Both the position numbers and the translations under genes were made by a program. The notes under the pieces are model-generated. The model made no database searches. It saw only the letters and a program-made list of their open reading frames with translations, and was not told where the DNA came from. From Myxococcota bacterium (GTDB lineage Bacteria; Myxococcota; JACRCW01), in contig JBFMGU010000020.1 of the NCBI GenBank assembly GCA_040752415.1, forward strand, positions 1-64,000: a stretch of 64,000 nt of DNA, written 5' to 3'. Within the stretch, counting starts at the first letter, position 1, and the number at the start of each line of letters is the position of its first letter. Of the stretch, positions 10,330 to 18,075 are shown piece after piece.

Positions 10330-10677
10330 TCAGTTGGCGTGCGCCTTCACCTTGTGGTGCAGCCGCTGGTTGTACTCCTTCAGCTGCCGCTCGGCGGCAC
10401 CGAATGCGTCGCGAATGGCAATGTAGACGTCCTCGTGGCTCTGGTCGCTGCCATGGTCGCGGTTCACCACCAGCTCACCGCCCGGAAGCACGAGGTCAAT
10501 GTTGATCTGATAGGTGCGGCCCTTGTGTTGATGCCGGTGCGGCGCGGAAACCACCACACGGCAGCTCGTGATGTCGTTGTGATGGCGAATCAGCTTCTCG
10601 TAGCTCTCGCGAATGCGCTCCTCGACGGCAGGGGAAGATGGAATGTCGCGGAAGGTGATGTGCATTGCCGAGTCCAT
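10330..10677 (-). CDS. hpf: HPF/RaiA-family ribosome-associated (hibernation) protein
   Basis: MHITFRDIPSSPAVEERI, SCRVVV, HEDVYIAIRDAF..AERQL. AGGAGG RBS. Confidence 0.85.
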   Translation of the reverse strand: MDSAMHITFRDIPSSPAVEERIRESYEKLIRHHNDITSCRVVVSAPHRHQHKGRTYQINIDLVLPGGELVVNRDHGSDQSHEDVYIAIRDAFGAAERQLKEYNQRLHHKVKAHAN

Positions 10678-10711
10678 GGATGGAGCTCCTCCTTTGGCGC
10701 CACGAAGCAGT

Positions 10712-10726
10712 GCAGTGGACATGCCA
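10712..10726 (-). promoter_or_regulatory. Putative sigma54 promoter of the HPF gene
   Basis: Minus strand reads TGGCAT-GTCCA-CTGC (-24/-12 spacing), about 35 nt upstream of the ATG. Confidence 0.55.
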
Positions 10727-10826
10727 GCGCCCCCCCACCCGGAGGAACCCGGTGCGGATGAGCCAGGGAGGCAATTCCTGCCGGATGGGAACGGGAGTGT
10801 ACGCAGGATGTGCGGAGGCGAACGGA

Positions 10827-11570
10827 TTACTTCGCTTGCCAGGTGCCGCCCCGCAGCGCCCAGGTCTGCTGGTAGTTCTCGTCGTCACCCGGGGCCACCT
10901 CGCGCTCCACGCTGCCGTCCTCGCGGATGGTCCACTTCTCGTCCCACTTCTCGTCGCGGTCCAGGTCCACCTTGGCGCGATTGAAGCGTTTTCCGTCGTC
11001 ACTGTAGAGGTTCACCTTGAACGCGGTCTTGCCGGTGGCGTCCTTCACCTTGTCCTTCACCGGCTGCTTCAACGCCGCCAGGACCGCGTTGTCCACGTCA
11101 CGCAACCCCGGCGCGGGCGCAGCCGCGGGCGCGGAAGGGGCGGCGGGAGCTTGGGCCGCGGGAGGAGCACCGTCACCCTGCCAGGCGCCGTCGCGGAAGG
11201 TGAGCGCGCGGTTGTAGGTCTCGTCGTCGGCGGAAGAAACCTCGCGCTTCACCACGCCGTCCTTCAGCTCCCACTTCTCGTCCCACTTCTCGTCGCGGTC
11301 CAGGTCCACCTTGGCGCGGTACCAGCGACCACCCTCCGCGTAGAGGTTCACCTTGGCGCCGCTCCCCAGCGCGTCCTTGAGCTTGTCATCCTGCGCGGGC
11401 GTCCCAAGGCGTTGCAGCAGGAATTCCACGTGACCGGTCCCCGGCGCCACCGGCGGAAGGTTGGCGGACTTCTTCGGCGCGTCGGGGCGCGTGGCCACGT
11501 ACGTGATGGCGCCGCCGGCGACGAGGAGACCCGAGCCCAGCACGATGTTGCGGAATGTCCTGTATTTCAT
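10827..11570 (-). CDS. Membrane-anchored/secreted protein with two tandem copies of an uncharacterised domain
   Basis: N-terminal hydrophobic helix. KVNLY..RAKVDLDRDEKWDEKW..REV..DDE.Y occurs twice, separated by an Ala/Pro linker. Confidence 0.8.
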   Translation of the reverse strand: MKYRTFRNIVLGSGLLVAGGAITYVATRPDAPKKSANLPPVAPGTGHVEFLLQRLGTPAQDDKLKDALGSGAKVNLYAEGGRWYRAKVDLDRDEKWDEKWELKDGVVKREVSSADDETYNRALTFRDGAWQGDGAPPAAQAPAAPSAPAAAPAPGLRDVDNAVLAALKQPVKDKVKDATGKTAFKVNLYSDDGKRFNRAKVDLDRDEKWDEKWTIREDGSVEREVAPGDDENYQQTWALRGGTWQAK

Positions 11571-12508
11571 GCGTCATCCTCCGCGCGGGCACGTCGGACG
11601 GCGTCCTGCGCGCCCTCGGTGGGCATCATCCCCCGGGAGATGGGGACGGTACAGTTGCAGTAGCGGTACAGGCAGGGCGTGGCCGCCTCGCGCAGGCGGA
11701 AGGTGCCGTCCAGCATGTTGCCCAGGCTCTCGGTGCGGTAGCGACGGGCGGGATAACAGCGGTACGCGTTCCCGCGATCGTCGAGGATGAAGTAGCGCGC
11801 ACCGGACCAGCACGGACGACCGCCGAAGTCGGGAGCCACGTAGCCCGTCAGGTTGTGCCCGCCCAGCTGCACGAGCTGCGCGAGCTGGCCCTCCGAATAC
11901 GCCACGACGTCACGCCCCTGCTTCTCCGGCTGGACCTTGAAGGTGAGACCCGCGGACGCCATCCGTTCCTTCAACGCGGAAAGGCGCAGAAGGTTCGTTT
12001 CCGTCGCCACGCAGGTCACACACAGGGACGCGCCCCTTGGGAGACGCTCCTTCACAAAGCGGGCGTGCGTGATGAACCGCTCCAGCGCCTCCTCGGTGTC
12101 GACGTACTCCAAGTGCAACGAGCAGCTCATGACACCGAGCTGATCACCCGCCGCCTCGAGGAACCCGAGCAGGGTCTCCTGGGAGGCGCTGAAGTTGGTG
12201 ACCACGCTGATGAGGAAACCCAGCTCACGCAGGCCGCGCACCACGACGAGAAAATCCGGGTGGACGAACGGCTCCCCGCCGGAGAGCTTGATCTCCCAGC
12301 GGCCCGGCAGCCTCGCGAACGCTTCCAGGAAGCGCGGGACGTCGCGGGCCCAGCGGCCGCGGTCGTCGAGGAAGCGCTGGGTGCAATACGAACACCGGTA
12401 GTTGCACGTGGTGTTCATGTTCCAGCTGATGACACCGCGCGCGGGCTCCGGCGTGGGAGCGAGGCTGGGCAGGTTCCCAGGAAGCGGCGGGAGCGGCTCA
12501 GGCTTCAT
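11567..12508 (-). CDS. Radical SAM protein with C-terminal Cys-rich (twitch/SPASM-like) domain
   Basis: CNYRCSYC, SGGEPF, VVTN. C-terminus CWSGARY..G..YRC..LGN..CLYRYCNC. Confidence 0.9.
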   Translation of the reverse strand: MKPEPLPPLPGNLPSLAPTPEPARGVISWNMNTTCNYRCSYCTQRFLDDRGRWARDVPRFLEAFARLPGRWEIKLSGGEPFVHPDFLVVVRGLRELGFLISVVTNFSASQETLLGFLEAAGDQLGVMSCSLHLEYVDTEEALERFITHARFVKERLPRGASLCVTCVATETNLLRLSALKERMASAGLTFKVQPEKQGRDVVAYSEGQLAQLVQLGGHNLTGYVAPDFGGRPCWSGARYFILDDRGNAYRCYPARRYRTESLGNMLDGTFRLREAATPCLYRYCNCTVPISRGMMPTEGAQDAVRRARAEDDA

Positions 12509-13448
12509 CCGGCTCCTCGCGGGTCACGTGCGCGGCCACACCCTCGATCATTCCGCGATTGGCCGGCACGCTGCACGGGCAGATGGTGTACGGGCACAAC
12601 ACCGGACCATGGCGCAGGCGGATGCCGGTGCGCAGGTTGCCCAGGAATCCCTCGCCGTGGCGTCGTGCGGACCGACAGGACCAGGCGTCTCCATCCTGCA
12701 GCAGCACGAAGTAGCGCGCGCCGGTGAAACAACGACGACCGGTGTACGCGGGAGCCATGTTGGCGCTGCGCGTCTCCTCCGCCAGCCGCAAGTCCCCGAC
12801 GATGGCGCGCACCTGCTCCATCTGCTCGCGCGTGTACGCGTGCACGCCCTTCTTCACCTTCATGAGCTGGGGAAAGAACCGGAAACCCGCGGCGCGGACC
12901 TTCTCCGACGCCACCTGGACCTCCGCGAGTCGCTCCGGCACCAGCACGGAGTTCACCACCATGCGCGTGTCCGCGTGCACCATGTCCCGCACGCGTTGCA
13001 GCTTGGCCAGGAACTCGTCGGGAGTGGTGAACTCGAGGTGGAGGCTGGCGGAGATGATGTTGAGCCGCCCGTGGGTGAGCCGTGCAAAGCGTTCCAGCAC
13101 GGACAGCGGCGCGGAGAGGTTGGTGAGGACGGAGATGCGGTGGGGCAGCGCGCACAACCCGGGGATGATCCGCTCGACGAACCCCCTGAACGCGAAGGGC
13201 TCGCCGCCGGTCATCTTGATTTCCCAGATTCCCTCGAGATTCGCGAAGAGCTGGAGCGCGCGCGTGATCGTCTCGTCGTCGGGATGGCCCACGCGGGAGG
13301 CCTTGGACTGGATGCAGTAGCTGCAGTCGTAGTTGCAGACGCCACACACCTGCCATTCCACGGTGGGCTGGTGGGGCCACGGTGGCGCGGATGGCCCGTC
13401 GAGCACGGTGCCCTCGTCCGCGGTGACGACGGGAAGTCGCGTGCTCAC
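12498..13448 (-). CDS. Radical SAM protein, paralog of the downstream gene
   Basis: CNYDCSYC, TGGEPF, VLTN. C-terminus CFTGARY..GDAWSC..LGN..CPYTICPC. Confidence 0.9.
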   Translation of the reverse strand: MSTRLPVVTADEGTVLDGPSAPPWPHQPTVEWQVCGVCNYDCSYCIQSKASRVGHPDDETITRALQLFANLEGIWEIKMTGGEPFAFRGFVERIIPGLCALPHRISVLTNLSAPLSVLERFARLTHGRLNIISASLHLEFTTPDEFLAKLQRVRDMVHADTRMVVNSVLVPERLAEVQVASEKVRAAGFRFFPQLMKVKKGVHAYTREQMEQVRAIVGDLRLAEETRSANMAPAYTGRRCFTGARYFVLLQDGDAWSCRSARRHGEGFLGNLRTGIRLRHGPVLCPYTICPCSVPANRGMIEGVAAHVTREEPDEA

Positions 13449-14575
13449 GGCAAGACCCTCAGCGCGTGCGTTGCCAATTTGGGACGTGCTCCCGCACCAC
13501 GACCGGTGACTTCACGCCAACGCTCCTCGCCGTACACGGCACGGAACCGCTCGCTGAGCTTCACGTTCTGATTGAACTTCCCGCACTGCTCGCATCCCGG
13601 GAAATACTCGCCGCGCCGCATGCGATCCCGCAGGGCATCCCAAGCCTCGCTGCGCCACAACGTCGAGAAACGGCCATCCACGTGGAGCTGGCCCACCTGC
13701 ACCTCGGTGTTGCAGCAGTACAGCACCTCCCCGTCGACGGTGACGCGGCTGTAGTGATACCCGAGGAAGCAACCGACCTCGGCGATGGGCGCGGTGGCCT
13801 CTCCGCCCGCCTCGAGCTGCAAGCGCAACACGTCCAGGTTGGTCTCCACCCCCAATGCCGCGGCGCGGGCCTCCGCTCGGGAGACCCCCTCGGTCATCAT
13901 CTGCGCGCGCTGCTGGTCGGTGATGCGGGCACGCTCGGTGCCGCGCGCCAGGGAGGCGAGCTTGAAGTTGACCTGCTGGGCACCGTAGCGGTGGGCCTGC
14001 TCCACCATCTCCGTGAGCTCGTGCGCGTTGCAGCGGGCGATGACCTGGACGTGCTTGAAGCGTCGTCCCGCGTCGTGGAAACGCCCCAGCGCGGTGTGCA
14101 GGCGCTGCCAGTGCGCGCTGGTGAAGGAGGGATGGAAGTCCAGGTACGCGCGCTCGCTGGCGCCGTGGACTCCAATGAGCAACTGGTCCACGCCGAGAGA
14201 GAGGACCTGCTCCGCATCCGCGGCGACGAGGTTGGTGATGATGGTGAGATGCAGGCCACGACGTTTGACGTCGGCGATCATCCGGTAGATGTCCGGGTGC
14301 GTGAACGGCTCTCCCATCCCGGAGAGGATCACCGACTCGAGCCCGCCCAGCGTCTGCACGTCGTCAAGGAGCTGCGTGACGTCGTCCGCGGTGACCCGCC
14401 GCCGCTTCCACTCGCCGTCGCGCGGCTGGTCCAGCAGCGGGCTGTGGTCCCAGCAGGTGATGCAGTCGGTATTGCAGGAATTGGTGATGTCCAGGTGGAC
14501 CGTCTGCGGACCCAGGCGATTCACGCCGTCGTGGAGGCTGGCGAGGCGCTGCGCGGTGGGAGACGGGCGCTTCAC
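13445..14575 (-). CDS. Radical SAM/SPASM-domain protein
   Basis: CNTDCITC, SGMGEPF, IITN. CFLGY..VDGEVLYCC..G.L..W..CEQC. GTG start overlaps the glycosyltransferase TGA. Confidence 0.88.
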   Translation of the reverse strand: MKRPSPTAQRLASLHDGVNRLGPQTVHLDITNSCNTDCITCWDHSPLLDQPRDGEWKRRRVTADDVTQLLDDVQTLGGLESVILSGMGEPFTHPDIYRMIADVKRRGLHLTIITNLVAADAEQVLSLGVDQLLIGVHGASERAYLDFHPSFTSAHWQRLHTALGRFHDAGRRFKHVQVIARCNAHELTEMVEQAHRYGAQQVNFKLASLARGTERARITDQQRAQMMTEGVSRAEARAAALGVETNLDVLRLQLEAGGEATAPIAEVGCFLGYHYSRVTVDGEVLYCCNTEVQVGQLHVDGRFSTLWRSEAWDALRDRMRRGEYFPGCEQCGKFNQNVKLSERFRAVYGEERWREVTGRGAGARPKLATHALRVLP

Positions 14576-16242
14576 TTGGCCAGCTCCGACGTCGTCAGAC
14601 GGGCGCGCGTGCGCTCCAGCAGAACGCGGTTGGGAACCTCCTGGGTGCCATCCCACTGCGCCTCGGTCATGGCGCGCGCCACACCAAAGAGGTCCGTTCC
14701 GCCTTGCGCTCCCAACTCAACCACCTGACACAATTGTTCCACCAGCGCCGCCGCCGGCAGCTCACGCTCGCTTCCCAGCGTCCTGGCCAGGGTGACCAAC
14801 GCGGACCACTGCCCGCGCACGCCGGGGTGCTCCAACAACGCGCCAATGGCCTGCGCCACGTCGGAAGGACTCCCTCCACTGCCCCGCAGCTTGCGGCCGA
14901 GCAGCGAAACCAGCCGCGTGGTCACCGACGTGGAAGCACCACACCCCTGCGCGGTCTCCAGGAGCTCCATGGCGGGCTCGGGGTCCAGGGCCGCGCGATC
15001 CACGTCGTCACCCGCCAGCGCAAGCGCCACGTCGACCAGCTCCCCCAGCGCCACACCGGTCGCTCCGCAGCGGACCAGCAGCTCCTCGTCGACGACACGC
15101 ACGGCATGGCGCACCACGCTCGGCGGAAGGACCAGCTCCAACAGCTGCGCGGCGGCGTCACGCGCGTGGTTGGTGGGAACCAGCTTGCGCGCGGCCTGGG
15201 ACAACGCACGAGCCTTGGCGGGGTCCTGCAACGTCGCCATCGCGGCGCGCAGGGCGTCGTCGTCGTTCTCGTTGACGCGCAGGGCGGCACCGGCGGCCAC
15301 CAGCGCGTCGACGCGACCTTCCTGGTCATCCGCGATCTTCTCCTGCGGCATCAGCACCGTGGGCACGCCCAGGAACATCAGCTCATGAACGGTGTTGAAG
15401 CCCGCGGCGCACACCGCCCCGTCGACACCGTGCAGGTACGTGGACAGGCCCGGCTCGGTCCACCAGGTGATGCGCGGTCCGCGGAGGGGCCTGCCGCGAT
15501 ACAGCGGGCCGGCGGCCAGCACCACGTGCACGTCGTCACGGCTGCCCACAAGAGCACAGATGCGCTCCAGCCGCGCTTGCACCGTCGCATCACCGCCACC
15601 ACCCGCGGACACCAGCAGACAGAAGCGCTCACCTTCCACGCCCAGCGTGCGTCGTGCTTCGTCGCGCGGCACAAGGTCGAGCCGCTCGGGCACCATGATC
15701 GGTCCGACGTGGCGGAGGGTTCCCTTCGGCAGGTCCAGCAGCTCCGCCATCCCCGGCGCATTGTCCTCGTGCTCGGGGACGAGGATGCGGTCATACAACG
15801 CCGCCACCGCCTTGAACGCCGCGCGCCGCGCGAGGTCCTCCTTCACCGGCCGCAGCACCAGCGCCTTGTGCCGACACAGGTCCAGCACGCCCAGCAGCTC
15901 CTGGAAGGAACCGTTGGGAAAAGTGTCGACGAGGAAGAGGTCCGGCCGCAGCAATGCCACCGAGTGCCACACCCACTGCTTGGCCAGCGCCAGGTAGGTC
16001 TGCTTGTGGATGCCCGCCTCCTCCACCACGGACTTGCTGGGCATCTTGAACGCGGCGAATCCCTCCGCGAACAGCATGGTGTCCGCTTCCGACGTCGTCA
16101 GGAACCAGTGCTGCGTGCGCACACCGGCAAACGCCGCATAACGACGCATCCAGCGGTTGATGGCCATGAGCCGGGAGAGATGCCCCAGGCCGGAGCCGTT
16201 CACCGCATAGCTGACCAGGCTGAGCGTGCGCGGCAGTTCCAT
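14572..16242 (-). CDS. GT-B glycosyltransferase (GT28/MurG-like C-terminal domain) with extra helical C-terminal extension
   Basis: NGSGLGHLSR, LVSAGGGG, CAAGFNTVHE..GVP, DDQ..R motifs. Confidence 0.85.
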   Translation of the reverse strand: MELPRTLSLVSYAVNGSGLGHLSRLMAINRWMRRYAAFAGVRTQHWFLTTSEADTMLFAEGFAAFKMPSKSVVEEAGIHKQTYLALAKQWVWHSVALLRPDLFLVDTFPNGSFQELLGVLDLCRHKALVLRPVKEDLARRAAFKAVAALYDRILVPEHEDNAPGMAELLDLPKGTLRHVGPIMVPERLDLVPRDEARRTLGVEGERFCLLVSAGGGGDATVQARLERICALVGSRDDVHVVLAAGPLYRGRPLRGPRITWWTEPGLSTYLHGVDGAVCAAGFNTVHELMFLGVPTVLMPQEKIADDQEGRVDALVAAGAALRVNENDDDALRAAMATLQDPAKARALSQAARKLVPTNHARDAAAQLLELVLPPSVVRHAVRVVDEELLVRCGATGVALGELVDVALALAGDDVDRAALDPEPAMELLETAQGCGASTSVTTRLVSLLGRKLRGSGGSPSDVAQAIGALLEHPGVRGQWSALVTLARTLGSERELPAAALVEQLCQVVELGAQGGTDLFGVARAMTEAQWDGTQEVPNRVLLERTRARLTTSELAK

Positions 16243-16245
16243 GGG

Positions 16246-17538
16246 TCAGCTCGCGTCGTGGAAATGGTCGTCGTGGTGGGCGTGGTGGTCATGCGCCAGC
16301 GCAGCCACGGCGTGATCATCATGGTGATGGTGGTGATGCCAGTCCGGGTGGTGATGGTGGAACTCCGCCACCTCCGGGATGAAGTTCCCGTCGAGGTGAC
16401 CGTCGGTCATCACGTCCCACCAGAGAAACTCGGTGAGCGGGTCGTAGCGGTAGTAGCTGTCAAACACCACGATCTGGTGGCACGCGTTGTGATAGCGGTT
16501 CCAGCGCTTGTCCCACGACGAGCGGCGGCTGCGGTAGCGACGATCGAAATCAGCCTGGCGGATGCGCACCCCGGCGTTCTTGGGTCGTTGGAACTTGATG
16601 ATGTCCTTCTCATTCCTGGCGATGGCCTGCTTGAGGTCGTCGCGCGGCTTGAGGACCATCTCGCGCAGCAGTTGATCGAGGTAGCGCTGCTTGGCCTCCA
16701 CGCCGGCAATGCGCTTGACCGCGAGTGTGGCGCCCTCGTTGCCCGCCACCAGATTGAGCTTCTCGTCGTCACCCAGCGACTGCAGGTGCTCCCGGACCAG
16801 CGCACGGGCGCGGGCCAGGTAGGTCTGCGGAAGGCCCTGCAGCGCGCGCTGCGCGTCGTCAAACTTCTTCACCAGGCTGTCGACGCGGTGCTTCTCCTGG
16901 CGGAGGCTTGCGCACGCGGATTCCAGGCTGCGCAGCGTGTTGCGCTCCTCCAGGAACTTGAGGCGCAGCTGCCCAAACTCGGTGATCTTCAGCGCGGGAC
17001 CGTATTTCTCGACGAGGAGATCGCCGTGCTTCCAGTGCCGGTAGTAGCTCGCCGTCCACCAGCCCTGCTGGTACGCCTCGGTGCCGTAGCCGCTCTGGAG
17101 CAGCTCGTCGAACATCGGCTCCTGCTGTAGCCCTTCCACCGTCTCCTTCAGCGGGCCCATGAACTCCTCGAGCTCGCGCATGCGCACGGAGATCTCGGTG
17201 AGCTTACCCTCGCGGTGTTTGAACAGCGGGTCGGCCTGCACGGTGGCGAGCACCTGCTCGAGCCGGTTCTTCTCGGCCTGCGCCTCGCCGAGCAACGTGC
17301 GCGCGGAGACGGCGGGAAGACGGAGCGCCTGGGCGGCGGCGTCGAGGTGCGCGGCGTCCACCGAGGGGACCAGCTGCTCCGTCAGGTTCCGCCACGCGCT
17401 CTCCTGCTCGGCGGCCACCTGCTTCTGCAGCTCGCGGTTCTCGCGCTCCGCGCTCTCCATGCGCGCCAGCTCCGCCCGCAGCTCCGCGTTCTGGGCCTGC
17501 GCCGCCCGGACCACCTGCGCAGCGGACACGTCGGTCAT
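16246..17538 (-). CDS. Coiled-coil hypothetical protein with His-rich C-terminal tail
   Basis: Long E/Q/L/R heptad stretches, aromatic-rich motifs, 18 His in the last 37 residues. ATGA overlap with the upstream gene. Confidence 0.85.
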   Translation of the reverse strand: MTDVSAAQVVRAAQAQNAELRAELARMESAERENRELQKQVAAEQESAWRNLTEQLVPSVDAAHLDAAAQALRLPAVSARTLLGEAQAEKNRLEQVLATVQADPLFKHREGKLTEISVRMRELEEFMGPLKETVEGLQQEPMFDELLQSGYGTEAYQQGWWTASYYRHWKHGDLLVEKYGPALKITEFGQLRLKFLEERNTLRSLESACASLRQEKHRVDSLVKKFDDAQRALQGLPQTYLARARALVREHLQSLGDDEKLNLVAGNEGATLAVKRIAGVEAKQRYLDQLLREMVLKPRDDLKQAIARNEKDIIKFQRPKNAGVRIRQADFDRRYRSRRSSWDKRWNRYHNACHQIVVFDSYYRYDPLTEFLWWDVMTDGHLDGNFIPEVAEFHHHHPDWHHHHHHDDHAVAALAHDHHAHHDDHFHDAS

Positions 17539-17876
17539 GCACCCCCCTTGGCGGCGCGACGGCGCTCCACCTCGTCGAGAAAACGCGAGGCACCCCACTC
17601 CAGCTCATAGGCTTCCATGGCCTGGTCGATGATGAAGAAGAACAGCTCTCCCTTCTTCATGCGCTCCACCAGCTCATTCATCTCGTCGCCGTCGAGGTCT
17701 TCGTAGTCGCCGGCGCCGTGGGTCATGTACTCGAACCCCACGCGCTTCACCGGGTCCCACCCGTCGGCGTTGAAGGAGACGTTGCCCTCCTGGAAGTGGA
17801 CGTTCTCCTGGATGGAATACCCACGAGCCTCGAAGATCTTCTTGAGGATGGCGCAGCCTTCTGCTTCCGTCAGCAT
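17535..17876 (-). CDS. Small hypothetical protein, possibly PD-(D/E)XK nuclease-like fold
   Basis: 113 aa with good codon usage. E(helix)..FNADGWD..RVGFEY pattern. Confidence 0.7.
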   Translation of the reverse strand: MLTEAEGCAILKKIFEARGYSIQENVHFQEGNVSFNADGWDPVKRVGFEYMTHGAGDYEDLDGDEMNELVERMKKGELFFFIIDQAMEAYELEWGASRFLDEVERRRAAKGGA

Positions 17877-18013
17877 GACGCAACACCTAGCCAGCCGCGC
17901 GCCGCTGTGTCCACCCGACGGCACGCGGTGGATGCCGCGCCTCCCGGTGACGACGTGATCGACGCCATCACCGCGCGCCTGGTGGTCCGACGGACGTCCT
18001 GCAACGCTGACGC

Positions 18014-18043
18014 TTGACACCTCCCGAAGCGCAAGCCTCTAGT
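18014..18043 (+). promoter_or_regulatory. Putative sigma70-type promoter for the DUF4139 genes
   Basis: TTGACA-N18-TCTAGT in the divergent intergenic region. The -35 is perfect and the -10 is a partial match. Confidence 0.4.
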
Positions 18044-18075
18044 CGTCGAGGAAGACATTCCGCCCGAGGAGCCGC

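Noticed and set aside
11567..13448. Prokaryotic viperin call for the two CNYxCSYC radical SAMs, tempting given a Cmk domain 10 kb away
   Set aside because: The resemblance is limited to generic radical SAM motifs. Both carry a Cys-rich twitch-like C-terminus not typical of viperins, and the kinase is in a separate transcription unit.
10827..18075. RiPP cluster with a short precursor peptide
   Set aside because: No small precursor-like ORF, RRE/PqqD domain, peptidase or exporter seen. The genes are contiguous, leaving no room for one.
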